64,000 nt of DNA from Camelus dromedarius (lineage: Eukaryota), in assembly GCF_036321535.1 (NCBI RefSeq), contig NC_087437.1, positions 71,178,001 to 71,242,000 on the forward strand, written 5' to 3'. A program made the translations under genes and the position numbers. The notes under the pieces are model-generated. The model saw only the letters and a program-made list of their open reading frames with translations. It was not told the origin of the DNA and did not search any database. This document shows, piece after piece, positions 1-12,240 of the stretch; positions within the stretch are counted from its first letter, which is position 1; the number at the start of each line of letters is the position of its first letter.

Positions 1-94
1 GGACTCACAGCAGCAATTAGCGAGAGGTGGGTAGCAGCTGTCCCATTTAGATGGTGTATCTGCTGTCTAGCTTGACCATCCCTACCACTCACGT

Positions 95-217
95 TAGGGT
101 GACCACATCCAAAGTGGCACACTTTTGAGAGTAAAAGGGAGTGCTGTTAGTAATTATGCCTGGACCACAGGCATAAAGCAGGACTGTTGTGGGCAACAAG
201 GGTGTATGGTTGCCCTA
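95..217 (-). mobile_element. hAT-Blackjack MITE, MER94-like
   Basis: Terminal inverted repeats TAGGGTGACC...GGTTGCCCTA; internal ACTTTTGAGAGTAAAAGGGAGTGCTGTTAGTAATTA resembles the reverse of the recalled MER94 consensus; degenerate 8-bp flanks ACTCACGT/ATTCATGC. Confidence 0.75.
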
Positions 218-1109
218 ATTCATGCTGCTTACACTGGGCTTGCTTTTCTTGTTTGCCCAACTGTTATTTGGGTTATGTTGTCATAAGTCAAGATCTCCCA
301 TGAGGAAGAAGTGAGAGAAAGGTGTAAAAGGAGGAAGAAAAAAAAAAACAAGAAGAAATGAAAAAAAAATTAAATGCCAATTACACCAAACCTTCAGGTA
401 AAGTCAGAGCCTTGCTGGTGGCTCGCCCAGCATGTAAGGCTGACCTTCCTGGCTCCCTGCCCTACACAGCACTGTCAGTTTTAATAAGCTGTAATCCCGT
501 AGCTACGAGTGAGACTAATCAAACTGCAGAGAGCAGCCTGTTTCTAATCAGGAAGGCACAAGATAATCATTTAACTCTGTGGTGTCTCAGTGAGCTCCAA
601 GCTGCCTCAACAAAAAAAAAACATCCTGGCTAAGACGGTTGCTTACACACTCCCGTCTTGACCTTTTGATGGTCTTTGTTTGAAATTTTTATTAAAATGC
701 TTTAATTACACAAGTATTTGGTTTGAAAAAATGTTTTAAAAGAATCTTTTCCCTTTATTCCCAGAGAATATTAAAATATTCCTCCACCAAGGCATACAGG
801 CATAATAAAATATTCCTCCCCAAGAATCCACTTTAACTGATCACAGACCCAAACCCTTTCAATTCCATTCAAGGTGTGATTAGTCCCCAGAGTAGGGGCA
901 GGAGGGATGAGCACCAGCAGACCTACCAGTGCCAGCAAGGTACCGTGGGCTACATAAGCCAGTGCCAGCTATTCCCCCCCGGAGTGGGAGCCAGGACCAA
1001 GCTGTAGCAAAGCTCCGGAAGCACCCTATACCTCAGGGCCAGAAAGCTCCTCTATTTAGTCCTTGCTTCTCGTAGCCCCTGCAACTCAGGAGCAAGTCAC
1101 AAGGAGCCA

Positions 1110-1385
1110 GTGCAGTGGTTAACCGTTGAGTCACAGTCAGGTGGCGCCAAGTCTAACCTGGGAGGTGATTGGCGGTGGGGCCTTAGGCAAATGACTCCCC
1201 CTTACAGAAATGCCTGGTAAGCCCTCAGGCAGGCTATTCAACCTTCCTAAAAACTCAGGATAGGAATAAGAATATCAACACCTCACAGCCACGTTCTAAG
1301 AGTCAATGAGATACGTATGGAAAGCATTTCCTAAGATGCCTGGCACGTATAAAGTACTCCCATAGATTGCGACTTTTATTATTTT
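1110..1385 (+). mobile_element. MIR SINE (old, diverged)
   Basis: GTGGTTAA...CCTTAGGCAAATGACT...AATGAGATACGTATGGAAAGCA...CCTGGCACGTATAAAGTACTC follows the MIR core and tail; boundaries approximate. Confidence 0.6.
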
Positions 1386-1559
1386 TTTATTATGTGCTAG
1401 CACAGCCTCAAGGCCCCTGATTATATAATTTAAAGAGACAGGTGCATCCCTGAATCTCCTTCTTGGACTCTGCATTTAAATGTGAATGCATTTAAAACAA
1501 TGACTCCAGATGGAGTAAACATAGAAAAAATTCTTTTCTAATGGAGAACATTTCTGGTA

Positions 1560-3547
1560 CCATGGAAATTTAATGTTTTGTTTAATAGACTCATTACTAT
1601 TTACAAGAAACCAGACTAGTATATTTTTTTAATTAAAAATGTTTTTGGCTATTGACCTTAATAGATTTACATTAAAAGAAAGAAACATTTTTTTCAAATG
1701 TGCTAATAAGAAAAAGACCGAGAAAAATGGACAATGTTGGGCAGAATTCAGTGTTTTATACACAAATAAAACTCCTAAATTTTATATGATTCTGGGATAT
1801 TTACTAATATTCCTCCAACAATGGGTTTGGAATTGAACAGGAATATAAATATATGAACAAGTCCAATCCAATATATTTCAAAACAATCAGATCCCTGATA
1901 ATAGAAACTTTTTCTTTCATAAGTACCCTTGCCATTCATTGGAGAGGTTATAGGAATATCTATGAATTCCAGAATTTATTAACTTTGAAATTCATGGGCA
2001 TTCCTAAACCACTAATAAAGCCACATCGAGGGGCACCCAACACATAAAAGTACAGTAACCACAAAATTATTAAAAACAATGTTCAGTAATGCCCACTAAA
2101 ATGAACAAACAGAAAACTATAGCTTAAGAATGTAAGACAAATATATTTCACACTGGTATAAATAAAACAAAGGCGTCATTTTGGTTCTGCGGCTGTTTTT
2201 ATAAAAACTATGTATGTACACGTGCATGTATGTATATACTTACAGAAGACTTGACAAATATAGAAAAGCACAAAGAAAATAAAAAACACCTGTCACACCA
2301 TCAACATGAACATCACTCCTCTAATGAGAGCAGAAAAAAAATTCATAGAATCAGAGGTGATCAGGGAAGTTCTTCCCAGCCTCAGGATCTGCTGATTTAC
2401 CAACCACTTTAAAATCCACAGGCCAAATCTCTTTTTAGGCTCTCAGATATCTCTACTGTTGCCCGAGTCCTGACACCACTGCATTTTTTTTTTTTTTTTT
2501 AAATCGGGTCAATAGTGATCAATAAACAAGGACACAAGTAAGGCTACAGCTCTAACCTAAAACTTCTTGTTCCCCAAAGATTAGAGCTAGACAGAATCTT
2601 AGACATTTCCTATCCACGATGCCTGTGCCCACTTAATCCGGAGGAAACAGGCATGGAGAGGTTAATGATTTGCCCAAGTGTCACAGCTGAGTAAAACTGA
2701 AACCCAGTTCTTTAACTGCCAGGCCAGGGCTCTGTCCAAGTAAACACATGGTGACTGAATCTCCCCAAGTGATGGAGCTATGGTTATTATGTGGTTAGAC
2801 TACGAATGAGCCTGAAGGGCAGACCACAGTGGATCTGTATAAACAGATGAAAGCAGTTAGGCAGACTTTCAGCTCCTCATAGGCAACTGCATTGACTCTA
2901 GGGAGACAAATCACAGAAAGACCATATGGTCAAATGAAGAGTGTGCCCTGGGCCAATGGATCACTGGGGCAATGTGTGAGCACCACATTCCATGGAGATG
3001 TGAGCCTGGTTAAGTCACAAAAGTCATTTCTGGTTGATTGCACGGCCGGGACAGCTTGGAAGGCAGAAGTGTCCAAAAGAGGCCCCTGAGAATATAAGGA
3101 TCAAAATGAAGAGAACACTTGAAGCAGCCAGATGCCTTCTCGGTCAGCAGGCATGTGTCCAGAGGTCATGCTACTTTTGACCCATCATCTCCCTTCAAGC
3201 TCCAGTCTAACTCAGTGAACCCTCAGAATCTCATCTTCCTCACTTCAAGGCTGTCCCTTCACATCTAAAGCTTTTATCTTTGACTAAATGAATCTCTGTT
3301 GCCTAAAAGAGTTAGCATAGAAATATTAAAGGTCATGTTTCGATTCTGATCCATCTAGGTCATTTAAGTCTTAAGAAGAAGTCTCTTTAGCCTCACGTGG
3401 GCAGAGTTTGGTACAGACGTTCCTTACTCGAGCAGACTTTATTTTCAAATATAAGTGATTAACGCTAAGATCACTTCTTGCTCTCTCTTCTCACGTCACA
3501 GCAATGGTACAGGCTCCATGTGAGGGTCAGACTGCGTTTGCTGGGTC
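1560..3547 (-). other. QTRT2: QTRT2 3' UTR (distal end uncertain)
   Basis: Follows the TGA at 3550-3548. Candidate minus-strand poly(A) signals: AATAAA at 3443-3438, 1980-1975 and 693-688; ATTAAA at 1586-1581 and 1574-1569. The site actually used cannot be determined from sequence. Confidence 0.4.
2575..2740 (-). mobile_element. MIR SINE fragment
   Basis: GAGGAAACAGGCATGGAGAGGTTAATGATTTGCCCAAG...CACAGCT is the reverse MIR core. Confidence 0.6.
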
Positions 3548-3829
<282 letters not shown>

Positions 3830-4299
3830 CTACAACCCAGGCTACCTACTCTGCCGCTGCTGTAAAACCAACAGTTAATAACACCTTGGGCAAACACAGT
3901 GCTGGGCACTGCTCAAGACAGCAACGTGGTCCAAGTTAACGGAGAGCACAATGAGTCAGGAGACTCGAATCTTCCTCTGATGGATGCAGCCTCGTAGACT
4001 GAGGCTTACAGAGGAGCAGCAAGAGTCGGTGCGCACTCCCTCCTGCTGAGCATGGGCAGTCACACTGCAGAGGCACGCAGTGTCAGGAGCCACTGTTCTG
4101 ATGAATGACACTTTTCTCCCACTCGCCTCCAGAATTAATGTTAGAAGACACGGTACAACCTTTTACTTGCAGAGCTTTTTTGCAGTTTACAAAAAACTTC
4201 TACCTATACTGTCTCATTTAATCTCTGCAATCGCCAATGAAAACGGGCACTATACTGTCACTTTACTGATGAAGACGGCTAAGGAGGCTGAGTGGGAGG

Positions 4300-4500
4300 G
4301 CTCAGGAGCTGCCACGCCTGGGGCTGGATCCTGGCTCACAACTCACTCGGCAAAGTCACTTCACCTCCTTCTGTGCCTTCGCTTTCTCATCTGTCATGTA
4401 ACAAGGTAATAACAGTGCCTACCTTACAGAGTTGCTGCAAGAATTAAATGAGTTATTATGGTAAAGGGCTTGAACCCTGCTGGGCACATGCCAACCACAA
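4300..4500 (+). mobile_element. MIR SINE
   Basis: GCAAAGTCACTTCACCTC...TTTCTCATCTGT...AATAACAGTGCCTACCTTACAGAGTTGCTGCAAGAATTAAATGAG is the MIR core. Confidence 0.75.
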
Positions 4501-5442
4501 TGTGTGTGCTACCTTGTATCAGCTACTAGAAAGAAGTCACATGACTTGACCAAGGTCACAGTCATGAGCAGCGCTACAATCTGAATGCCAAATCTCCAAA
4601 ACTTGAAGTCCAGTGCTGATAATAAGAATACTGCAGTTACTAATTAAATCTATAATGTACACGGAATTTTAGTAGTAACCATTTACATTACCCTGTTTTA
4701 AAAAATGAATGAATATCTCCTTGGCTATTTTTCAAGAAGTTAAATGTAGAAAACATTACCATTTCAGACGTACAATCAACAAGCCCCAGTAGAAATAAGA
4801 ACTAGGAATTTCATATTCTTTCATAAATTTTCAAGTCTGTACTGTTACTAGATAGACATGAATAAGTCTGAATCCCTAGAATGTCCCTTTACATAAAACC
4901 GAAAATACTGCAGCAGTGAAGTGAGTGGACCAAGCTGACAGAAAAACCACTCACTGGTTCACTGATTATCACCACTTTTGGCCAAACACAAAGTTATAAG
5001 ATATCTTACTTAGTTCATTCTTTATAAAGGCAAATATTTTATTCAAGATTTATAATCTGTATATAATCAAGATGGCTTAAATTCCTTAAAATTTAAGACT
5101 TTTGTTGTATTTTATCTTGAAATCCTTATTTCACTCTGTCGTTATTTAAAGTAAGCATAAAGAGTAAAGAATACCAAACAGTCGATTTGGTCGAATCTTC
5201 CTGACAGCTCTTCTAAAACAGCAGTTATCTAGCCTCAGTTTTCTGACAAGACAAAGTACACAGATTCATCTGTAGAAAAAAAGAGTTCTGCTGGAACTGA
5301 ATTTGAGAAGGCCCAAACAATAACCAACTATAAATATTTTATGAAGTCATCAACTGAAAAGGGAACAGTTACATAAAGTTTTAAAACAGACTGAAATCAA
5401 AGAGTCAGAAATCAAAATCCAACCTCAAAAAAAATTCCTTAC

Positions 5443-5560
5443 TTTTTTTCCTTCAGATTAATTTCAAATGACGTCATTTCTTGGTTGCAACTGGTTGTTT
5501 TAATTTTCTTTGTTTGATCCACACATTTTATTTCTTCCTGTGTCCCATTTTGTTGTAATA
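5443..5560 (-). CDS. QTRT2: QTRT2 coding exon 7: [12 protein letters not shown]...FEINLKEK
   Basis: Acceptor ccttcAG (5562-5561), donor GTAAGG; 118 nt, phase 1 to 2; matches recalled mammalian QTRT2. Confidence 0.95.
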
Positions 5561-5629
5561 CTGAAGGACAAACCAACAAAAAGTCTTGAATGAAGATCAG
5601 ATAAAGAGTGGCCTTATTTATTTTAGTTT

Positions 5630-5790
5630 CTATTTCATGACCTTTGACCCTGTAATTCCATTCCTCAGAATTTATCCTACGGAAATAGCACAAGAAAATA
5701 AAAGCAATATGTACCAAGATGATCACTGGCCTATTATCTATATTATAGTATCAAAACTTGGGAATTCAACTGTGTCTAAGCCAATTACAG
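5630..5790 (+). mobile_element. Old L1 (L1M) 3' fragment
   Basis: CCTTTGACCCTGTAATTCCATTCCTCAGAATTTATCCTACGGAAATA is a typical L1 ORF2 C-terminal segment. Confidence 0.6.
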
Positions 5791-5847
5791 TTACAAGTAT
5801 ATATTATATAATCTCACTGTAAAGTAATGATTTTAAAAGTCTGGCTG

Positions 5848-5897
5848 GGTGTGTGTGTGTGTATGTGTGTGAAAGAGAGAGGGAGGGAGAGAGAGAA
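5848..5897. repeat. Compound (GT)n/(GA)n microsatellite
   Basis: GTGTGTGTGTGTGTATGTGTGT followed by GAGAGAGGGAGGGAGAGAGAGA, seen directly. Confidence 0.9.
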
Positions 5898-7692
5898 AGA
5901 ACAAATATGTGTGCATGTGTTAAGAGTTATGTCTTCCCATAATGTACATGCAAATTAATTGGGCTTTGTACGTATGTTCCAAACAGATTAAAAATAGAAT
6001 ATGGTTTCAATTTATGTATTCTGTATGGAGACTCTGGCCCTCCAGGGAACTCAGATAATCCAGAATTAAATGAGACTTGAGTTGTTCCCTTGAACTTTTG
6101 GCTTTAAGAAAGAACATTCTTGGAATTGCAAAAGAAACACCAGTTACTATGAAAGAGCCAGCGGCTTTGAAGCGGGTCAAGTAGATAAGTACTTCTCGGT
6201 TCAAGTAACAACAATCTCAGGGTTGACCCAAGGAGAATGCGCAGATGGTCCTAGGAAGGTAAATGTGTCCAGGTCAAAGAAAAAAGCAACGTGACCTGAG
6301 CACTGAGCACGGGGCTGTTCTAATTTTGTTGCCATTTACTGGCATGTTGATGTGGGAAAGCATGATAAAGCCCTGGCTTTCCGGAAAGTCCTTGTCACTG
6401 GGGGAACTGCTGCCTATGTTAGGCAACTTATTCCTTTGGAATTTTCACTTTGTGATTGGCAATAAACTTCAATTCACTATATACACACATGCAAATATGA
6501 TTCATAATAATAGTTTAATAAAAACGTCTGAACTCAGTTTTCCTGAGAAATTTGGCTTTCTCTGGCCCAAGAGGAACTTGTTTGCCCCAGAGAACTCAAT
6601 ATCAGGTTCTTGGCAGAGTTTTGCATATTCTTCGGTACAGAATGACTAACAGTCACCTATGTCCTGGTAGAGATAATTTAGCTTGTAAATGAAGTCATGA
6701 ACATTTATAAAGTGTTTACGCTATGCCTGTCCACATACATTACATTCTAGTCTGCCTAAAAGACAGTAAAGTTGACCTCCTATATGTAAGAATTTGATCA
6801 ACTTGATTTATTCTGTTTCTAGAGTAATTCCATTCAGATGAATGGTTAAGCTTATAAAAGTGTAACATGTTCTGAATGAAATTTTAATGGCTTGTAGGGA
6901 ATAAGATAAACCTTTAAAGAAGTCTCTGGCCTTCCTCAAATTTAAGGCTGGCAGTGACAGAGGAAGAGATCAAAGGAGAGCAAGAAGTGGGAAAGGAAAG
7001 CACACCCTGAAGGCCTGAGGGAAGGCGGTGTGACGTTCTCCTGAGGCTGACGCTGCGGAGACACTTCAAGGGACCCCAACCCAAAGTCTACATCCTGGTT
7101 CCTTTCCTACTGCCAGTTAAATGTTAGAATCTGAAACTAATTTTCTCGACTTCTGAATAACTTGAGCAATAAAAGAAAATGGCAGTGCTTCAAAGTAACC
7201 TTAGCAGAGGAAAACAGCTTTCACATCTCAGTATGTGAAAAAACCCCAAAAAGCAAAAGTAACACTAGGATCAGAGGAGGTAAGACTCCTGTATTTTAAT
7301 AGCATGGGGTTGGCAAAAAGCAGACAAGAATTCTTTTGTGAAAAAACAAATTAAACTTTTACCAAGAAGTTCAAAGGTTTTCTTTTCTTAGATTTTCATC
7401 ACAATTCACTCTGACTGTTCTTTTTCTTCGGGTTAATAGAAGAGGTTTTGTTTTTCTTGGTTCTGCTCTCTACAAAATCACTTCCTAGTAACGATGAGCT
7501 GTGTATATAGTAATAAGTACCTGGTTTTGTGTGCCAACATGCCAGGGCGCACAGATAAGAAACAAAGACATAGTTTTATAAAAGTCTGGCTTTATAGCAT
7601 GCACATATTTCTGGCTTGTGACTCAAGCCAAAAGTTGATAGGAAATAGAAGACATTTAAGGATAACACCGAGATTAATTTCACAAGACCTAC

Positions 7693-7844
7693 ATGTCTCT
7701 TCAGGATTCGGCTGGTAATCAAAGCTGAAAGTCAGGGCGCATCCCCGCTCTGTCACTTGATACGGGAAAAAGCTCTCAAATAAGTCCACTCCTCTTTCAA
7801 TACACTCGAGCACCTCATCTGGCCGGCTAACACCGCAGATGAGC
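7693..7844 (-). CDS. QTRT2: QTRT2 coding exon 6: [37 protein letters not shown]...PEET
   Basis: Acceptor ttttcacAG (7846-7845), donor GTAGGT; 152 nt, phase 2 to 1. Confidence 0.97.
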
Positions 7845-7964
7845 CTGTGAAAATAATAAGAACGGTGACATGAGGACAACGCCAGGAATGAAATCAGGGA
7901 GTCTTTCCAGAAGCACTAAAAGGAATAATAGTGAAAATCATGGTTAGCGTGGCAGGAAGCAGAT

Positions 7965-8220
7965 AATAAGGTGTGATGGAAAGAACACAGGGCTTTGAAG
8001 GAAGAGAGACCTGGACTATTATCCCAGCTCTGCCATTTATTTACTTGCTGTGTTACTTTGGGAAGGTTTCTTAACCTCTCTGTATTTCAGTTTTCTCAGT
8101 TTAAAAACAAGAACAATAATATATACCTCACAGACTGATTATGAGGATTAATGATATATTTGACAAAGCACACAGTGTAGTTTCTGGCCCCAAAGAGGAG
8201 CTTAATAAAGGTTAGTTTCC
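7965..8220 (+). mobile_element. MIR SINE (near full length)
   Basis: GGAAAGAACACAGGGCTTTG...CCCAGCTCTGCCATTTA...TTAACCTCTCTG...CAGTTTTCTCAG...GAGGATTAA...GCTTAATAAA. Confidence 0.8.
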
Positions 8221-8984
8221 TTTCCCCTCATTCCTTCTGAAATGACCCCCACAGTCTCAAGCTGAACTTTATGGCCTTTCTACCCACTACAGAGGTAGGT
8301 CTTTTGAGATTGTAAAGCTATGTGCTTTATTTCCCCTTCAAATACTTTTCTATGTTTTAACTATATTTTGCTTATAATTATTTTTCATAATTGGTTCAAG
8401 AAAGACATTTTTTATCCACTGTATTCTTCATAAGTTCATTTACAGAGCAATTCTTGCTCTCAGAGTTTCAACTCTGCCCATAGGATCTGAGAAGCTAGTT
8501 GACTTTCTGATTCTTTGTATTTTCTCCATTAAAAAAGTCTGCACGGTAGAGTGAGATGGTATTTCTAGAGGTAATGGGTAAGGCTTTCCGAGAGTGTTAG
8601 TAATATTCAACCAGGTTTTCCCACTAAAACGAGATGGGGAGAAGCACTAGCTCTGGGCTGGCTGGCTGCTATGTTTTACGTTTGTTTTTCTACCCAGAGT
8701 CCCTCTTATAGACTGGCGGAGAAAAGCTTATAGATGCCCTGATTTCTAAAAGAACTCCAAAAAAAAGGCTTATGTAATATTAAACAACCAGAACCCTTAA
8801 ATATGTGCTGGTTTTTCTGTCTACAGTTTCCTTCAAGTAATGTAATGTTTTAGAACTCATCTCCAAATGAAGCTGGCATTTCTACATACTTGTAGAAAAA
8901 AAGACAATCCCAGCTTTCAAATCCAGTAACAGACATCTGTGAGCACTTAACTCAAAAGAAGTCCAGAAAATGACTAGAAACACT

Positions 8985-9200
8985 AGTGCTGAATTGTCAT
9001 CTGCACCAGAATGAAATGAGCACAGGAGGGAAAGCAATGAACACAGAGAATTAGGTTAAAATTGAGGGGGGCAAATGCTGGCTGGGATGATGGAAATATC
9101 TTGTTCTGGCTGGTGTTTACACAAGCATACATATGGGTAAAATTCATTGAGCTATACATAAGATTCATACACTTAACTGTAAGCTGTACCTGGACTTTTC
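8985..9200 (+). mobile_element. Old L1 (L1MC/ME-like) 3' UTR fragment
   Basis: GGGATGATGGAAATATCTT...GGTAAAATTCATTGAGCTATACATAAGATT resembles L1M 3' ends. Confidence 0.55.
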
Positions 9201-9924
9201 AGAAAGCATAAAATTACATATATGTACACACACACACACTCACTATTCAACAGCCCGAGGGGTATAAAGCAGCACCCTAAAATCAAACCTCTTAATAGGT
9301 CTGCAAGAAAAAAGCATGAATATTCATACCAAATGGGATAACAGACTACAGTAAAACCTCGGGATTTTTAGCTTTGAATCTTGCAGATCACTCTTCTCTC
9401 CAGTACCTAGTGAATTCTGTGATTTATGCAAAGAACCAGCCACACTAGGGCTGCCAGTTCCCTCGATTTCAAAAAATAATGCCATTAACTACCTGCCTCA
9501 AATGTAAGAACTTCTTAAAGGTCCTTATTGGTAGACCCATATTCATTCCTCTAGGCAGCCCAGATCTATCCTCAGCTTCTCTTGACTAAGGCCAGAGTTC
9601 TATATGACTTTATACCTGTCCCCAGGCACCAGGTTATAATGAATAAAGAACAGTATTTGTATTTGGCACAAGAATGAGGGGAAACACTTGCCCTCACTTA
9701 CAATGAGGATCAAATAAACTAATTCACATGGCAATGTCCTCTGGTTTACGTTCTGAAATCAAAGGCAGGAAAACCTTGACGGGAACTACCCCCCAAGTCT
9801 GCCTCAGCAGAATCAGCCCAGAAAGAACATCAACAAGATATCAAAGGACACACCCATGCACACTCCGCAGCACCCCTGCTCTGCAGCCCCGGAGGTTCGG
9901 CCTGCCCCCTAACCGATCACTAGC

Positions 9925-10124
9925 CTCGGTTTGTCCTCGGGCAGCTCCGCAGTGACTGATGACAGCAAGTGCAGTCGCGTCTCCAGGGTCGCTGGATTCC
10001 CTTGCAAGCCGTCCAGAAGGAAGCCACCTACAGGCCGCTTGGCTGTCTCTCGTGCTGACCTCAGCCTTTCTTCCAAAACGTCTCCACCTTCAATCACTCC
10101 GATGATCATGCTTTTCTGAAGGAC
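9925..10124 (-). CDS. QTRT2: QTRT2 coding exon 5: [39 protein letters not shown]...PEDKPR
   Basis: Acceptor gccttAG (10126-10125); 200 nt, phase 0 to 2; the 3' end requires the GC donor AG|GCTAGT. Confidence 0.93.
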
Positions 10125-10469
10125 CTAAGGCAAGAAAGGACTGAATGCTTTTAACTGTTTCCAGTAGCAGAGACCTTCATTTAAATGAGCCTTACACAGC
10201 AGCCTGATGGACAGACAAGATCTCAAGTGAAGCGTGCAGAGGGCTGGTGCTCCCTCCTTCCTTCCCAAGAATCAGGGCTCCAGAGAACACAATTTGAAAG
10301 CCACATAGGTACCCATGATTTAGCTTCGATTAAATTAAACACACACCAAGCTGGTACAAGAGGAAAAGAACAAAAGCAACAGTTTTGATTCGTTTAAATG
10401 ACTATCCTGGTCTACTTTAGACTACCTCCAAATCTCTTAGAAATAAATTTAGGAACTGTGGAACCGTTT

Positions 10470-11520
10470 GAGGGGGACAACTGACTGTTCATTTGGGAAA
10501 AAATAAAACAAATATTACTACTGCACACCATCCTCAAAAATAAATTCCAAGATCTAAACATAAAAAATACAGTTATATAAGCATTAGAAGAATATATTGA
10601 ATATTTTTATAGTCTTGGGATAAGGAAGGCCTTCCAACGCAAGCCAAAGCTTACAGGAGAAGGCTGACATATTTGAGTACAAAAACATTAAAATTTCCCT
10701 AGGGAAATACACTATCAATAAAGGCAAAGGCAAACTTATTCACTTATTCATTGGAGGAATAGATAAATGTGTACACGATACATAAAGCTCCAACAAATCC
10801 TCTAAGGAAATGAAACCCCACAGAAATCCAGGCAAATATGTGAATATGAAATGTAGGCAAACACGTGAATGCTCCATACACAAATGGAGAGCTTACTAAA
10901 CCTCACAAGTAAGGAAATGGAAACTGGGAACAATTAGATACCATTTTCACCCATCACACTGATAAAAAAGTTAGAAGACAGACATCAACATAATGAGGTA
11001 AAAGTGTTAAGAGAAATGCACTTGCGTGCCTTGAAAACTAGAGAGAATAAAAATTAGTTCAGCCTCTTGGGAGGGCAAATAAACAACACATCAAAATGTC
11101 AATGCTTTTATCTTTATACCTAAAATTCCACTTCAAAGCGTCTTCCCTACAAATCTATTCATTCATATGCAGCACGGTATATTTACAAAGATGTTTAGAA
11201 TAATGAGAAACTGGAAACAACCTAAGTGTCATCAATAAAGGCTTAAATAAATGATAATATATTCACAGTATGGCTTCCTATACAGCTGTTTTAAAAAAGA
11301 AAGCAGCACATCTAGCAATGTATACATTGATAGGAAAAGAGATTTGAGATAGAGTTAAGCAACAATAAGCACATTTCTGAATATATGATCATATTCATGT
11401 AATGGAAACCACATACAGGCGTGTACATATTACAAGTATGGAACCGTAAAAAAATAAGGCTTGCAAGGAAAAACATAAGTCAACAGAGGCTCTCTGGGAG
11501 AAGAGGGATGTGGAGGGAGC
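10470..11520 (+). mobile_element. Old L1 (L1M) ORF2 3' part and 3' UTR, diverged
   Basis: GGGAAAAAATAAA...CACACCAT...AAAAATAAATTCCAAG; GATACCATTTTCACCCATCA; AAACTGGAAACAACCTAAGTGTC are L1 ORF2 hallmarks; A-rich. Confidence 0.7.
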
Positions 11521-11559
11521 CTGGAATGTTATGAGGAAGGAATTTCCTTTCTTGGTTTA

Positions 11560-12240
11560 AGCAAGAGGGACACAACTGGACCGTTCCTCTAGTAAGGATG
11601 ATTTGGCTGTGTGTGGAGAATGAATTAAGGGTGAGTGGGGCTAAAGGACAGGGCAGGAGATGACGTTCATCATCCAGTGGAAGAGGATCTGGACTAAGGC
11701 AACGGCAGCAGTGGGGTAAAGAGAGAGAGGATCTGAAACCTCGTCAGATCAACACAACTTGACTGATGAGTTGCCAGAGGAGGAGATGAAGACAACGTAG
11801 GATGGCTCCTGGCTCCTATTCTGAAGTCCAGGGAGATGATGAGAAGAGCAGATAGGGAATCTGAGGGAAACAGTGAAGGCTGAGGCAAGATGATTATTCT
11901 GTTTTGTGTGTTCTGACTTTGAGGTATTAGCCACTGACTACATGGACTGAACGTTATGGATATGTACCCGAAAGTGTGATTGTCCAGGTTAGAATGGGAG
12001 GTGCTGGGCACAGTGCTGCCACCCAGCACGCCTGCTGCCGGGGCGGACACAGCCAGCAGACCACTGTCCCCCTGCTGCACTGGGCACAGCTCCAAGTACC
12101 TTGAGATGAAACCCACTTGCCACCCCTGGCCTAGGGAACATATGGAGAAGGAAAGAAAGCCGACAGCAGAACCTTGGGGAAGCTTCAATATTTAAGGGCA
12201 TTCAGAACAGGAAGATCCAGTGAATAGGAAGGAGAGAAAT
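11560..12240 (-). mobile_element. L2 LINE fragment(s)
   Basis: GGCTGTGTGTGGAGAATGAATT...ATGACTCC-like...ACAGAACCTTGGGGAAGC...ATTTAAGGG resembles reverse L2 body; approximate. Confidence 0.45.

Noticed and set aside
774..825. Short direct repeat AAAATATTCCTCC(A/C)CCAAG, two copies
   Set aside because: A small local duplication with no array structure or other supporting feature.
2484..2500. T17 tract as a possible retrocopy tail or QTRT2 poly(A) site
   Set aside because: Genomic homopolymer with no TSD or adjacent element recognised; it would mainly cause oligo-dT internal priming.
11694..12188. 164-aa minus-strand ORF, the longest in the track
   Set aside because: Overlaps L2-like repeat sequence in a QTRT2 intron, has no recognisable domain, and is not needed for the 415-aa frame.
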